Assembly: GCA_001643675.2 (NCBI GenBank) | Contig: LSRY02000016.1 | Coordinates: 806,001-870,000, forward strand | DNA length: 64,000 nucleotides | DNA from: Monocercomonoides exilis PA203 | Lineage: Eukaryota > Protista > Preaxostyla | Direction of reading: 5' to 3' | Shown here: positions 1 to 11,654 of the stretch, piece after piece | Layout of the letters: every line of letters starts with the position of its first letter | Position numbering within the stretch: the first letter of the stretch is position 1 | Program-made: the position numbers and the translations under genes | Notes under the pieces: generated by a model | Databases searched by the model: none | What the model was told of the DNA's origin: nothing | What the model saw: only the letters and a program-made list of their open reading frames with translations

Positions 1-372
1 TTTCTTTCGACCGACACGATTCGTCAAAAATTTCCTTGTCGCAAAGGCCTAAAGATAAATATATGAATGTTGAAACACAAACGAATTATGAAATTTTTAA
101 AAATTTTGTAACGTATTAAATTTTTATTTTTATTTGTATTTTCCTCAATTGATTTTTTCTTTCTCTAATTCATTGAATAGAAATTATTGAGAAATTGAAT
201 TTTGTTTACAAATTGAAATATTATAAAAAATTTTCTTGCTGCTTTTTCATTAGATTCAAAAATTTTTATTATCGTTCAATGTCAATTTACAATTTCGAAT
301 GAAAGTTAAATAGAAATCTTCTCAGAGCAGAGGATGAATATTTTTGAAAATGAATTAAAGCTGAGCATCTCC

Positions 373-1856
373 GGTAAGTGGGCAGATAGCGACCGGTAAA
401 AAGTGAGTGTTTTTCGTTTGTTTTTTCATGGATAAAAAACACAGACAAATGAAGAACATGATTAAACTTTGTTTTTTTGAAAATAAAGTGCAAAAAAAAT
501 TGATTGAATTCAATGTTTCAAAAAAAATTATTGCTAAGATCAGTTATTTTTCATGAAAATTCTGCATATTCCGATGCAGATTCACCATCGCCAGCTCCAT
601 ATATGTCACTTTCAGTTGATGAAACAAGATCATCAACTAATGGAGTCAATGATTCGTCTTCACTTTCTGATTCATTTGAATCACTATCATCGCTTTCTTC
701 TTCTTTTGGTACAGTAAATATAATTTTTTTGACAAAATCAATAGAAGAGTATTTTCGTGAGGAATGGAACATGTAACTTGCAATGTGGACATCAATAAAC
801 TTATTGTTAACTCCTGTTTTTGGTAAATATTGGCGAAATCTGGACCATAATCCTCCTATTCCGTTCGTGCAGACCCCAGAAAGAGGATTCTTGAAATTAT
901 ATTTATGGCAAACCGATAAATGTGAATAATTGTATTCTGATAAGCAATTATACGCACGCCATTCGTCACTGTAAATCATTGTCTTGGGTTTTATATTTGC
1001 TTGGATGATGGGAAGCAAGGTGTCTTTTTTTCTATTTTTGACCCTAACAATAAAGAATCTTCCTCCACATTTTTCGCTTTTTCTTTCAATACCTCCGAAA
1101 AGCCATATTTTTGATTTTTTTCGACCCTTGTGGAATTTTCTCCTTCTCAGGATAGCCTCGTCAATTTCTACGATTTCACCATCACCTCCAATTGGTTGAA
1201 AATTCTGAAATGTGATTGTCGAAGAAATTGAACGACATTGAGAATACCAGAAACTGACGGTTTTTCTGTTGATGTCAAGGAGAATACTTGTTTGAGTGAT
1301 ATTCAATTTCAAACAATAATACAAAATGATTCTGAGCAGCTTGTTCAATGGTATTTTCGTGTTAAAGAATGACGTATTTTCAAATAAACTGATCGATTTA
1401 TCGCATTTTGCACATCTGTATTGTTTTCTTGTTTCTGATCTTGAATAAATGTACATTTTATTAAAACATCTCGGGCATTTTTTTTTGACGACGTTCAGCA
1501 CATTCTTGATGAGCCAATCAAATGAACATGAAACACAAGAAAATTTATCATTCAAATCTGCAATATCCTTTCTCGAATCGTTGATACTTGTTGACATTGA
1601 ACAGAAATCAATCAATTAATCATTTATTTAATTTTGTTATATATTATATTCAAATTTAATTGTTAACAATTTGTGCACAAATTTATTATTTTATTAATGG
1701 GAAAATTGAGTTTTTATTGATTTTTATCATTTATTTTCAACAATTAAATATCAAAAAAACTCATTGAACGAAATCATTATATCATATTGTGTTCAAATAT
1801 ATTATTTAATTTGGCAAAATAACAAAAAAATACCGGTCGCTATGTACCCTCTTACC
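373..1856 (-). mobile_element. Merlin-superfamily DNA transposon (IS1595/ISXO2-like), full length, 1484 bp
   Basis: 26-bp TIRs starting with GG: ggtaagtgggcagatagcgaccggta (373-398) vs the reverse complement of 1831-1856, 3 mismatches. Perfect 8-bp TSD gcatctcc at 365-372 and 1857-1864. Encloses an ISXO2-type transposase ORF. Confidence 0.95.
551..1615 (-). CDS. Merlin/ISXO2-like DDE transposase (N-terminal Zn ribbon, HTH, acidic tail); third catalytic Glu replaced by Gly
   Basis: CPRC...CAKC zinc ribbon; IGGDGEIVEIDEA; WLFGGIER; IYSDEWRAY; TNGIGGLW where TNxIEGxW is expected. True start is probably an internal ATG (MSTS...). Confidence 0.92.
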   Translation of the reverse strand: MIDFCSMSTSINDSRKDIADLNDKFSCVSCSFDWLIKNVLNVVKKKCPRCFNKMYIYSRSETRKQYRCAKCDKSISLFENTSFFNTKIPLNKLLRIILYYCLKLNITQTSILLDINRKTVSFWYSQCRSISSTITFQNFQPIGGDGEIVEIDEAILRRRKFHKGRKKSKIWLFGGIERKSEKCGGRFFIVRVKNRKKDTLLPIIQANIKPKTMIYSDEWRAYNCLSEYNYSHLSVCHKYNFKNPLSGVCTNGIGGLWSRFRQYLPKTGVNNKFIDVHIASYMFHSSRKYSSIDFVKKIIFTVPKEEESDDSDSNESESEDESLTPLVDDLVSSTESDIYGAGDGESASEYAEFS

Positions 1857-3063
1857 GCATCTCCTTGTCTGGACTGACAATCGAGTTGGATCATCTGATT
1901 CATATTTTTTATGCACAGGACGAAGGAATTACTTAGGATCTTTGAGATGTTGTTTTTTCAACGAAAAACAAGCTGTTTTGATGGACGATGAGAATGAAAT
2001 TGAACAGAAATCAATGATTTCACATTTTTCAGAAGAGCAAGAAATCAATGCATTTGATGGAGAAACAACTGATGGAAAGAATGGTTGGGGAATCAGATGA
2101 TGAAACACTTGAAAAAGGAAGAAATAATGAAATTGAATTGAAGAAAACAGGTGCCAACGGAATATAAAACAGAAAATTGCATTTAAAAATGTTTTGAAGG
2201 TTTGCTGTCGTTATTTATTTTGAAGTGATTATTATTTTGTTTTGAGAATGCTGAAAGAGCGAAGGGATGAATGGCTTTGAAGAAGAAGTAGAAAAGCAAG
2301 GAAGAAAAATGAAATGAAGATTGATGAAATTAAAGATTAATAGAAGATGCCTTGCATTGCGCGTTGGTGAAGAAATATTTTTGAGGAAAGATGATTTTTT
2401 GTGAAAGAAGGGGAAGCGAAAGAAGAAGAGATGGAATGAAAAAGGAATTGCTCAATCTTTCCTATTTTCAGATGGAAAGAGAGGAAGAATCAAATTGAAA
2501 TTGTAATGAATTTCAAAGGTTTCTCCTCTGCAGAAGAAAAAGGCATAGAAGAAGAAATTTCAATGAATTTCTCTGTTGATATTTATTGGCTCTCATCTCT
2601 CAATTTTCAACAATTAATCGTCTCATTCAACAAATTCGTCATTTTCATTATCAAATATATTAATGCCATTTCACACAGTTTCTTCTTTTTAACAATCATT
2701 AACGTAATCTCACTGAATATCTTCACATTCAATATCAATATTACAGATCATGAGCGAAATGAAGAAAGGGATTTTTGAAGAAATGAAGCATAAATTGAAA
2801 TAAAGAAGATGATGTAAAAGAAAATAAAGAGAATAAAGAATTTATTTTGAAAGAGGATTCAGAAAGGAAATGGAACTGAGATGATAATGCAAATTTTTTG
2901 AATGAAAAGACGAAGATTGAAGGAGAGAAGATTCGTGTTGGAAGTTGGATTTGAGAAGAGAAGGAAACAGCAATCAACGCAAAGAAAAGCATTTTACCAA
3001 ACAGGGAAAAATTCTTGAGAAGCGAAACAACAAGCAAGGCAGGGTGATGAATAACAGGAGAAA

Positions 3064-4137
3064 TCAAAAATATGAAAAAAAAGAGAGAAGAAGGAATGAG
3101 ACGAGAGGAGATGATAGAGAAAGAAAAAATGAGAGATGGAAGCAGGAAAAGCATTTCATTGGAGAATTTGGAAAGAAAAGCAAGAACCTGCCAACGTACT
3201 CGGTGTTTTCAGCGGTTCCTGCATCACATATTCTTTTTGTTTGGGTTGTTGAGCCACAATTCTCAAATGGAGGTTGAGTAATGGCATTACCACTGAAGAA
3301 CACGTCATTTCCTCTGCCATTAGTTGCAGTGTTGCCATCGAAGAAACAGAATGTGATGAATTTATTTCCGCTCATCCAGAAATAAGTTGCTGTGCAATAC
3401 AGCGCAGCGCCACCATAGGAAGTTGATGAACTTGTCAATTTGTTGTTTATGAATTGGCAATCATTAACCAAAAATTGACTCGGTTTGTTGCTTGGAGGAT
3501 AACGAAATGTTAAAGTACCAGCAGAATCACCACCAGAATTTGCAATGCACTTGCATTTGGTAAACAAAAATTTTCCGTTTGATGGCATGTCATCGAGCAA
3601 GAAATATCAGCCGGTTCCACACCAATTTGTTATTTTACAACTTTCCACTCTGTTTTCTGAGAATGAATAAACAGAATTTGTTTGAGGCCAGCCAACATAA
3701 GCAACTCCTCCATGAAGTCCTGAACAATTTGTGAAATTAGATTTTGCGATATCAACTTTTAACAAATATATACAATATAACGCTCCTCCATGATCACTTG
3801 TTGAACATTTGTTGAATGAACAAGAAGTGATTGTGAGATTTGCATTCACGCAATTTACATAATGTGCACCACCAGATGAAGATCCACTATTTGAGTCATT
3901 CCATTCACACCACTCAAAACGATGACTGTTCTGATCGAATGAAGTCAATCTTCCAGGTTTCGCTCTTTGAGATTCAGTTCCAACATGTACAACAGCAGCA
4001 TTTTGTGAAGAACGTGTTTGGTGAAGGAAAGAGGTGTTGAAGGTTGAGAGGGAAGTGGAGGGGCTGCTGAGGTTGGGAAAGATGTACCATCGAAAAGAGA
4101 TTGAGATGAGCGAGCGAGAATATTGAAACAGAGACAA
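3064..4137 (-). pseudogene. Pmp/pectin-lyase-like right-handed beta-helix protein with one in-frame TGA
   Basis: ORFs 3607-4137 and 3064-3600 are in the same frame, separated by a TGA at 3607-3609 (WCGTG*YFLLDD). Repeated GGAHY/GGALY/GGVAY/GGAALY and FxxC/FxxN motifs. Gene ends are uncertain. Confidence 0.65.
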
Positions 4138-5079
4138 AACCGATTTTATTTAGAAAAAAAGAGTGCTCACAGGATATTTCTGAAGTTCAGAACTGTTCGC
4201 GAAAAAATATTTTGTGGCATTTTTTTTTTGGTTGTTGTTGTTGTTGTTTTCTTTTGAAAGATGTTTTTGACAGAATGATTGACTTTGTGAAAGATGATAA
4301 GGAAAAATTTGTAATTTCACCAACTTGAAAGAACTTTCTTCATAGAAAATGAAAAAAGCATTGCTATTGCAAAAAACATGATAATTATATCAATTTGTTT
4401 TCAATCATTCATATTGTTCTTAAATTTGAACTTTTGTCAAGAAAGAAAATTGATTATGGTGAATCATCATATATATATCATTATAAATGTCGAGGAATAT
4501 TCTTTGTGTGTAATTTGATTATGACATGTCGAACTTTAGAAATTTGTTCTCAGAATATTTCTCTCTCATAGAAATTTAGATTTGTTTCAAATCCATTTAT
4601 CAACAACAAAACCTCATGTTGTCTGAATCAAAAAGTTTAATAAAGACAACATTCAAAAGAGCTTCATTAATGAGAAATATTTTTTTAGATATAATTATTT
4701 TTAGCATCTTATAAATTTGAAGAGAAATACAAATGAAATATACCAAATAAAAATATTGCATAGACTTTTCTGTTATTTTCAATTTTTTGCCAAGGCATTT
4801 TGCTTAGGAAAGCACTTTATTTTTTATTTGATTCTAAAAAAAAAAAACCTTCGATACAAAAGAATTATTTTTTCAAAAAATTTTAGTTATATTTTTCCTG
4901 GTATTTGATAAATACGATTTAAATAAGTCAGGAAAATTTTGTTTTGAAATATCTTCAACAAATACTAAAATTCTTATGTATTTGAACCCATTCATCAAAA
5001 TCATATTCCCATTTTTTTCATCTTAACATATATTAAGAGCAACCCGGAACTCATTTTTTGTATAATTGATTTAAAAATA

Positions 5080-6567
5080 ATGGCAATCAATTACAGATAT
5101 GAAGAGACAAGTGAAAGAGGAAACAAAAGGAAAAGTGAAAATAGTTCATTAAGAGGTGTTAAAATTATGTGTTCACAACTAGAATATTTTTTAATGTGTC
5201 ATTTTTAACAAAAATATTTTCAAAATTGAAAAGAAGATTTAATCGAACAGAAAACAAACTCTGAGATCAATCATGCAAGCTTTAACAATCGATCACAAAT
5301 TGCAGAAGAAACATGCGATGATGATTTTGTTGCCAAGAAGAATATCAAACATTATCAAAGTCAAGAATCAAAATCATGTTCGATAAATAATTCAGACAAT
5401 AAAACAAAACCAAGAAATTGGACTCTGGACTTTGTGAAATGCTGCGCTGCATTTTCTGTAAACATGAGCCATGCGTGTCAGCAGCAACGTTATGCATACG
5501 GATATTATCTTTCGAAAAAAAAGTTACCATATTGGTTATGGGCAAATTTCTGGTGCATGTTTGGGCAAATTGGTTCGCATTTGTTTATGATGGTGACTGG
5601 ATTGATAATGCTTTCTCCAAAACGATTGAAAGATTCGGAGACAAGCACTTTGAAATATGTATTTCGAAGACTTATTCAATATGTTTTCTGGAGCATTCCC
5701 TATCATAGAAAAAGAATTTCCGATGGTCTAAAAATGAATACAAGATTTCTCGGAATACAAAATGTTGTTGAAGGATTTTTTATTTACCCTGGAACATTTT
5801 GGTATCTACAAGTTGTAATGAAGATTCTGATATTTGTTCCGTTTGTGAGGCAGGCAATACAAGCAACAACCAGAAAAACTTTGGAATTTTCAATTATTGC
5901 TATATGGATTACTCATTATTGTGTTAAAACATTTTTAACTTTAATGAAATGTTTAGCATTGAATGATTTCTTTTTTTCGGTTTCGCTTTCATTCTTGACT
6001 GGGCATTATTTCTGGACAATCATGGAGTATCAAGAAAATCCTCATGGCCCACATCCGAAATGGGTCGAGGAGGATGGGTATTTCCATGCGATCAAACGGA
6101 TTAATTGGAAAAGTTCTAAAACAGCTGTTGCTTGCATTTTGATTTTTCTCAGTTCTTCCTTGCTGAACTTTGGATTGGCAATCATATCCGGACACTATTT
6201 TAAGAACCCGTATTATGGAAATCTCAATCAACTATATAGCTGCTTGGTTCCAGTATCGTACGTTTCATTTTTCTGCATGGTCTATTCATTTGCATCAAAC
6301 TGGACTCCAACAACACGACTAAATAAAATTCTTTCCAGCTTTGTGTCTTCTGTTGGTTCATGCACATTCGGCATATATTTGTTTAATGAGTATTTCATTA
6401 ATGTTTTTGTAATGGAATATTTGTTCCCAAAAAAGTTGAAAATCTTTTTCTATGACATGAATCCGTTGTGGTTTTGCCCTCTCATTGCAACACTTGGATT
6501 TCTTTTGACTTGGATTGTCACATGCATTTTCAAGAGAATCCCACTCTTGAAAAAACTTGTTGTTTAA
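5080..6567 (+). CDS. Acyltransferase-3 (OafA/WecH-like) multi-pass membrane O-acyltransferase, paralog 1
   Basis: RNWTLDFVKCCAAFSVNMSH (the R..LD..K...V...H start motif), LFMMVTG, FWYL, SCTFGIYL and many hydrophobic helices. Predicted exon 5080-5155, GT-AG intron 5156-5233, exon 5234-6567 keeps the frame. Confidence 0.85.
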
Positions 6568-7483
6568 CGAATAAGATTGATAAAACCATCATTTGTTGTT
6601 TTTGAATTGAAAACGAATATGCCAATGTTCGCATTGAATGATTGCATTTCGGAAATATTAAAGTTGGACACTTTATTAATTCGGAATGAAAAAAAGTGCA
6701 TTTGTTCAACAACAACTTTTTTCCATTCAATGAATTACCTTGGTCTTTCTTCTTGTTTTCTCTTTCCTCACGTTTTTATTTTGATCCAAAAAGTGTTCAA
6801 TTGAATATGTCTCCTTTTTATAATTGCAATGCGTTTGGAGGAAATGCATTTGTATAATCTCATAATCATACTCTTTCAAAAGTTTGCATTTATTTGATGA
6901 GTTAAATCTGCTCTTCAAATTTGCATCTCAATCTCCATAACGAAATAACACTTGATAAAAAGTTGTTAACGAATTTCAAAAGAATGAGGAAAAAAGAAGG
7001 AAAAAAATACATGCCATTTTTCAACTCCGTTCAATAATTTGAAAACGCAACACGATTATCCATTGAAAAATTTGAAAGTTGTCTTTCGACAAACTATTCA
7101 AATCTTTCAGATTCATATGTTTCATTGTGTTGGCTGGTTTTTTGGATGATTAATTGTTTCATTCAAGTGAAAAGAAGAACTTCCATAAAAAATCTTTGTG
7201 ATATGTTGGTTAATCTATGACTCAAAATGAAAAAGGTTTTCATCAATTCAAAGTTAAGAATTGCAAAAATGAAAATGCTGTCAGATAAATACAACAAAAA
7301 TGAACATCAGGATGGTCATTGGGTAGATTGTCATCTATTGGAAAACCAATCTGAATAATACAAATAATTATTGAAATAAGATTTTTATAAATATTTGAGA
7401 TACATCTGAGAGAGAAGAAGTCTAATACTTTTTCGAGCTTTCAAGGTAGATAGATCAAAATTCCGTAAAATGAAATAATCTTA

Positions 7484-8818
7484 TCAAATAAATAGTGTGC
7501 AAATATAAGGAATTCTTTTTGCAGCAAGCGTCAGAATCCAGCATATTAGGTAAACGATTGCAGAAATGAAAAGAGGAAACCAAATTGGATTGAAGCTTGT
7601 TAATTCTTTTCCAGTCCACTTCATAACAATAAATGGAACAATGCGATACAGTAAGTACTCATTCAACATATAAATACCCATTGTGCATGATCCTGTGGAA
7701 GCAAAAAACTTATAAAGAAGTTTACCTGATTTTGATGTTGGTTTCCAATCAGAAAGGCATCCATAAATAAATAAAAACAATGAAAGTGCTGCAAATGTGT
7801 TAAATGGACTATGATCAAGCAAAAGAAAAGCTCCATTTGGAAGACCGTGAGTGGTTCTATATGACCAAATTTTATACATTAGAAAAACACTGGAGATAAA
7901 TACGAAGAGAGCAACAGCTCTTGCCCATGGCTTTTTCCAGTTTATTCTGGACAAATTTTTAAAAATCCCATCTTCATCTTCAACAAAATGGTACCCTGAA
8001 ATTATTTCTGGATGAGACGCTTTTTCAGCAAATCCATAAATCAATGGACCTGCCAAAACGAAAAAAGCCATATTTGTAAATCGTGTGCTCATTACCCATC
8101 CGTTTATGATTAAGCGCAATCCATTCAATCCTTGATACATAAGAAAATACGATAGCAAACAATATTCATACGTTCGACGGGAGATTGTCTTGAGAGATGC
8201 CTGAAAGAAGGGAGTCGCTAGATGAACAAACAAAAGAGTGTATAAATACCAGAAAGAACCTTCTCCATTAATAATACGTAAGATAGATAAATAAAGTGAA
8301 TCCTTCAATTGGCCTTTCCAGTTCAACTTTCTCATGTAGCTGAAATGGTATATTATGTTCCAAATCAAATAATTGATTCCTCTTGTTTTAAACATTTTCA
8401 GCGACATGAACGGAGAATCATTTAAATGAGAAGGATGGAGGAGTAATATTCCAGTCACCATCATAAAAACAGCATTTGCACATCGGACAAACGATGTGTA
8501 AAATGCACATATGTGCCATTTATACTCATCTCCATGAGCCACGTAATCATTGTAATCTGTCCTCCCAAAAAACAAAGTGTGCGTCATGATTACCAGAAAA
8601 GCAGCTATGCTTTTCATTGCATCCAAAGAAATGTCTCTATGTGATTTGGACTCTGTTTTGACTTTTCCTTTACAAAATTTTTGATCACACTGCTTTTTTG
8701 AGGTTATGCTTTCTGAATATAGTTTTTTCATTGCCAGATTCGATATTTCAACCTTTGACATGTCTGAATATGCAAAATTTTTATAGAAAAGATCAGCATA
8801 ATTAACCATTAATCGCAT
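7484..8818 (-). CDS. Acyltransferase-3 (OafA/WecH-like) membrane O-acyltransferase, paralog 2
   Basis: HRDISLDAMKSIAAFLVIMTH, RCANAVFMMVTG, FWYLY, SCTMGIYML. Clearly paralogous to 5080-6567. The 5' end is probably spliced (candidate intron 8764-8880, mini-exon 8881-8915). Confidence 0.88.
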   Translation of the reverse strand: MRLMVNYADLFYKNFAYSDMSKVEISNLAMKKLYSESITSKKQCDQKFCKGKVKTESKSHRDISLDAMKSIAAFLVIMTHTLFFGRTDYNDYVAHGDEYKWHICAFYTSFVRCANAVFMMVTGILLLHPSHLNDSPFMSLKMFKTRGINYLIWNIIYHFSYMRKLNWKGQLKDSLYLSILRIINGEGSFWYLYTLLFVHLATPFFQASLKTISRRTYEYCLLSYFLMYQGLNGLRLIINGWVMSTRFTNMAFFVLAGPLIYGFAEKASHPEIISGYHFVEDEDGIFKNLSRINWKKPWARAVALFVFISSVFLMYKIWSYRTTHGLPNGAFLLLDHSPFNTFAALSLFLFIYGCLSDWKPTSKSGKLLYKFFASTGSCTMGIYMLNEYLLYRIVPFIVMKWTGKELTSFNPIWFPLFISAIVYLICWILTLAAKRIPYICTLFI

Positions 8819-9082
8819 TATTAATCACATAATATTAAAAATTATGCTTCTTGTAATATTCATAATTCGAAAACTGATACTTGCAGAAATCTTTTGCTCC
8901 TCTTTACCTGAGATCCTAAGGATAAAAAAAAATTTTCATTAAGAAAGCATGAATGAATTATTTGTGAAAAAAACAAAATTTGATTGGAACTGATCTTGAT
9001 TTGAGGTTTTTATTCCGTTATGTGTTTCTTTTTAATCTATTTGGCAACGCAACGCATTTCATCTTGGATCAAATTTGTTGTA

Positions 9083-10090
9083 GGGTCAGCTTTTTAATGG
9101 GACTTTTTCCTTAATTGGCACTTTTTTTGTTTTCGCTTGCAAAATGTCGAGAAATGAGAAGTAGTTTTCAGCATTTTAAAAATCCTTTTTAACAAGTTTT
9201 ATTCTATTTATTTATTGTTTTCATTTTTATTTTCGTTTTTTACATATCGAGAAATTTCGTTTTTTTGTTAAATTTAATAGTACTTTTTCTAGCCAATCAG
9301 GCAACTCAAAAAAAATTGGGGACATGTTTTATATAGCATTTGCTTTGAACTATTAATCTTTAAAATCTTTTTTTTCACAAACACTTTTTTCTTGATTTTT
9401 TCGCATTTCAAAATTTCATCAACATGATAACATAAAACTGATTATTTCTTTATTAATATAATGAGATGACAAAAATAAAAATATGATATGAATGACTAAC
9501 ACTTTAAAAATCAAGTGTTGCGAAAATGAAACATTAATTTTTTCTATTTGTCTTTTTCCGGCAAATGGCGCAAACCAAAAATGATCAATGATCAAGTCTT
9601 TGTAACAAAGTTAAATACTTGACAAATAGATACAATAAATATTTTATTTTTATAATACTTTATTGTTAAAGCATTTGTTTTGCATATCATATTATTATTT
9701 TTGTCATCTCATTATATTAATAAAGAAATAATCAGTTTTATGTTATCATGTTGATGAAATTTTGAAATGCGAAAAAATCAAGAAAAAAGTGTTTGTGAAA
9801 AAAAAGATTTTAAAGATTAATAGTTCAAAGCAAATGCTATATAAAACATGTCCCCAATTTTTTTTGAGTTGCCTGATTGGCTAGAAAAAGTACTATTAAA
9901 TTTAACAAAAAAACGAAATTTCTCGATATGTAAAAAACGAAAATAAAAATGAAAACAATAAATAAATAGAATAAAACTTGTTAAAAAGGATTTTTAAAAT
10001 GCTGAAAACTACTTCTCATTTCTCGACATTTTGCAAGCGAAAACAAAAAAAGTGCCAATTAAGGAAAAAGTCCCATTAAAAAGCTGACCC
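9083..10090. mobile_element. Non-autonomous foldback (long-TIR) element, 1008 bp, GGGT...ACCC ends flanked by TA
   Basis: 9081-9490 is the reverse complement of 9683-10092 (one mismatch seen). Degenerate pairing continues to 9552/9621, leaving a 68-bp loop. No ORF. Confidence 0.85.
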
Positions 10091-10250
10091 TATAGGAAGA
10101 GATAAATAAATTGAGAGAATGAAAATATTTTTTGACAACTCCGATGATGAAAACACAATTCATTCAAATATATTCCAAACCATAACAGCTTTCACAATAA
10201 TAGTTGGTTACGGTTCAATGTCCAAAATTCAGAATTTTCAGTTGACATCC

Positions 10251-10500
10251 TTTTTTTTTTTTTTTTTTTTTTTTAATTAGTTTTTTTAAATGGTAGAATA
10301 AGTGAATAATTATTTAACTATCAAAAAGACCATCCGATCTGAAAAAAAAATTTATTGTCTTTTCTTACTTTTTCATCATAAGTTGTTTTTCATTTTTTGA
10401 TTCGAATGAAAATACAATAACATATTATTTTACATTTATTTGTTGATTTGCGACATCAGGCATCTCATTTCTTGAAGAATTGTCTTTTTCTTCTAAAAAG
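10251..10500 (-). repeat. Dispersed poly(A)-tailed repeat, copy 1 (retroposon-like 3' end)
   Basis: Homologous to 58578-58817: shared cttcaagaaatgagatg, aaaaacaactt and tcagatcggatggtctttttgat. Ends in A24 (T run 10251-10274). Confidence 0.7.
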
Positions 10501-11099
10501 ATGATGCAAAATATTTCTCTTCAGGCATTTTCATAGAATAATTATGTTCTTTTCATTGACTTTCAGAGAACAAAAAACACAATAAAAATTGGTTCATTTT
10601 TTGGCATTCGTGAAATGTCACTATTCTTTATGTTTTGAAAACAATGTTGCCTGTTTCAGGATATGAAAATCAAATATCTTTCGTAATCCGTGAAAGCGAA
10701 ACAAAGTTATGAGTGAAGCAATTTTTTGTGCTTTGAACAAAAAAAGCTTGAATGTTCATATTATCCCCCATATTATTTTGAGCGAAGAATAAAAAACAAG
10801 AAGACTGAAAACAAATCTCAAAAAGGTGTTCATTTTAGAGAGTTTAAGTGTGTCACAAATCCGGGACAATGTATTATTTTCTGCTTTTTTGATCTTTTTG
10901 TTCATAAAACAAATTATATTTGAAAAAATGAAAATATTTTGTTTAATTGTGTGTTATTTTTAATATGGAGCATAATTATAAGTCAAAATACAAAAAGGTT
11001 AAATAAATTTTTTTATGAAAAAAGGGTGAACATCTTTACCAAACTTTTATTTTTTCGAGACGAAATGAACATTTTTCCACTCAAATAAGGATTTATTGG

Positions 11100-11520
11100 A
11101 TCCATTATATTTACCGAAACTTTTACCCATCCTGGCTTTTTCTTAGTCACTTGTGATAACACAATCTCTGGATTAAATTACCATATTCCTGAATCTCTGA
11201 ATGAAACTTTTATTGTTGAAGGATTGAATGTTGCGAGTAATAAATAGATATATTTGTCCAAAAATAATTTTTTGAAATGGAAAAACCACAAATTAATAAA
11301 ATCGAAAATGCTATAACAGTATAAATCGGACATAATCACATGGAATATTAAAAAATCAGTTGAAATCACGTTAATATGTTCAAAAACATTAAAAGCCTAT
11401 ATTTTCAATCATTTTTTCATCGCATATAATCAAATGGCAAAATATGGTTCATTGTCTTTTATTTCTAAAATTAGGCATCGAGTTGTTCCATGCACTAACT
11501 GCTTTTATTAATTGATGCGT
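11100..11520 (-). pseudogene. Possible decayed pogo/DDE_1 transposase fragment
   Basis: STIKVSFRDSGIW*FNPEIVL resembles the FxxxGIWPFNP motif C-terminal to DDE_1. AVSAWNNSMP resembles the xSAxGxxLP motif. No catalytic Asp was recovered. Confidence 0.4.
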
Positions 11521-11654
11521 ATTTCATTTTAATTAATTTAAATTGTTGAGAATACTTCCATTATATTTTTTTGATAATAATTTTATAAAAGAATTCGATA
11601 TAAAAGGAAATAACTGAAACAAATATTCAAGGAAAATGAAAGACGCCAATTTTT

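Noticed and set aside
1865-2940. Decayed coding-like DNA (also about 55000-56400)
   Set aside because: It looks like pseudogene debris, but no recognisable motif allows a call.
3607-3609. Alternative genetic code (TAR=Gln as in Streblomastix, or TGA recoding)
   Set aside because: Conserved genes terminate at TAA, TAG and TGA at the expected ends, and multi-kb ORFs are open under the standard code.
5080-8818. Bacterial contamination or chimeric contig
   Set aside because: Predicted spliceosomal introns, AT content and eukaryote-type TEs are continuous with the rest of the window.
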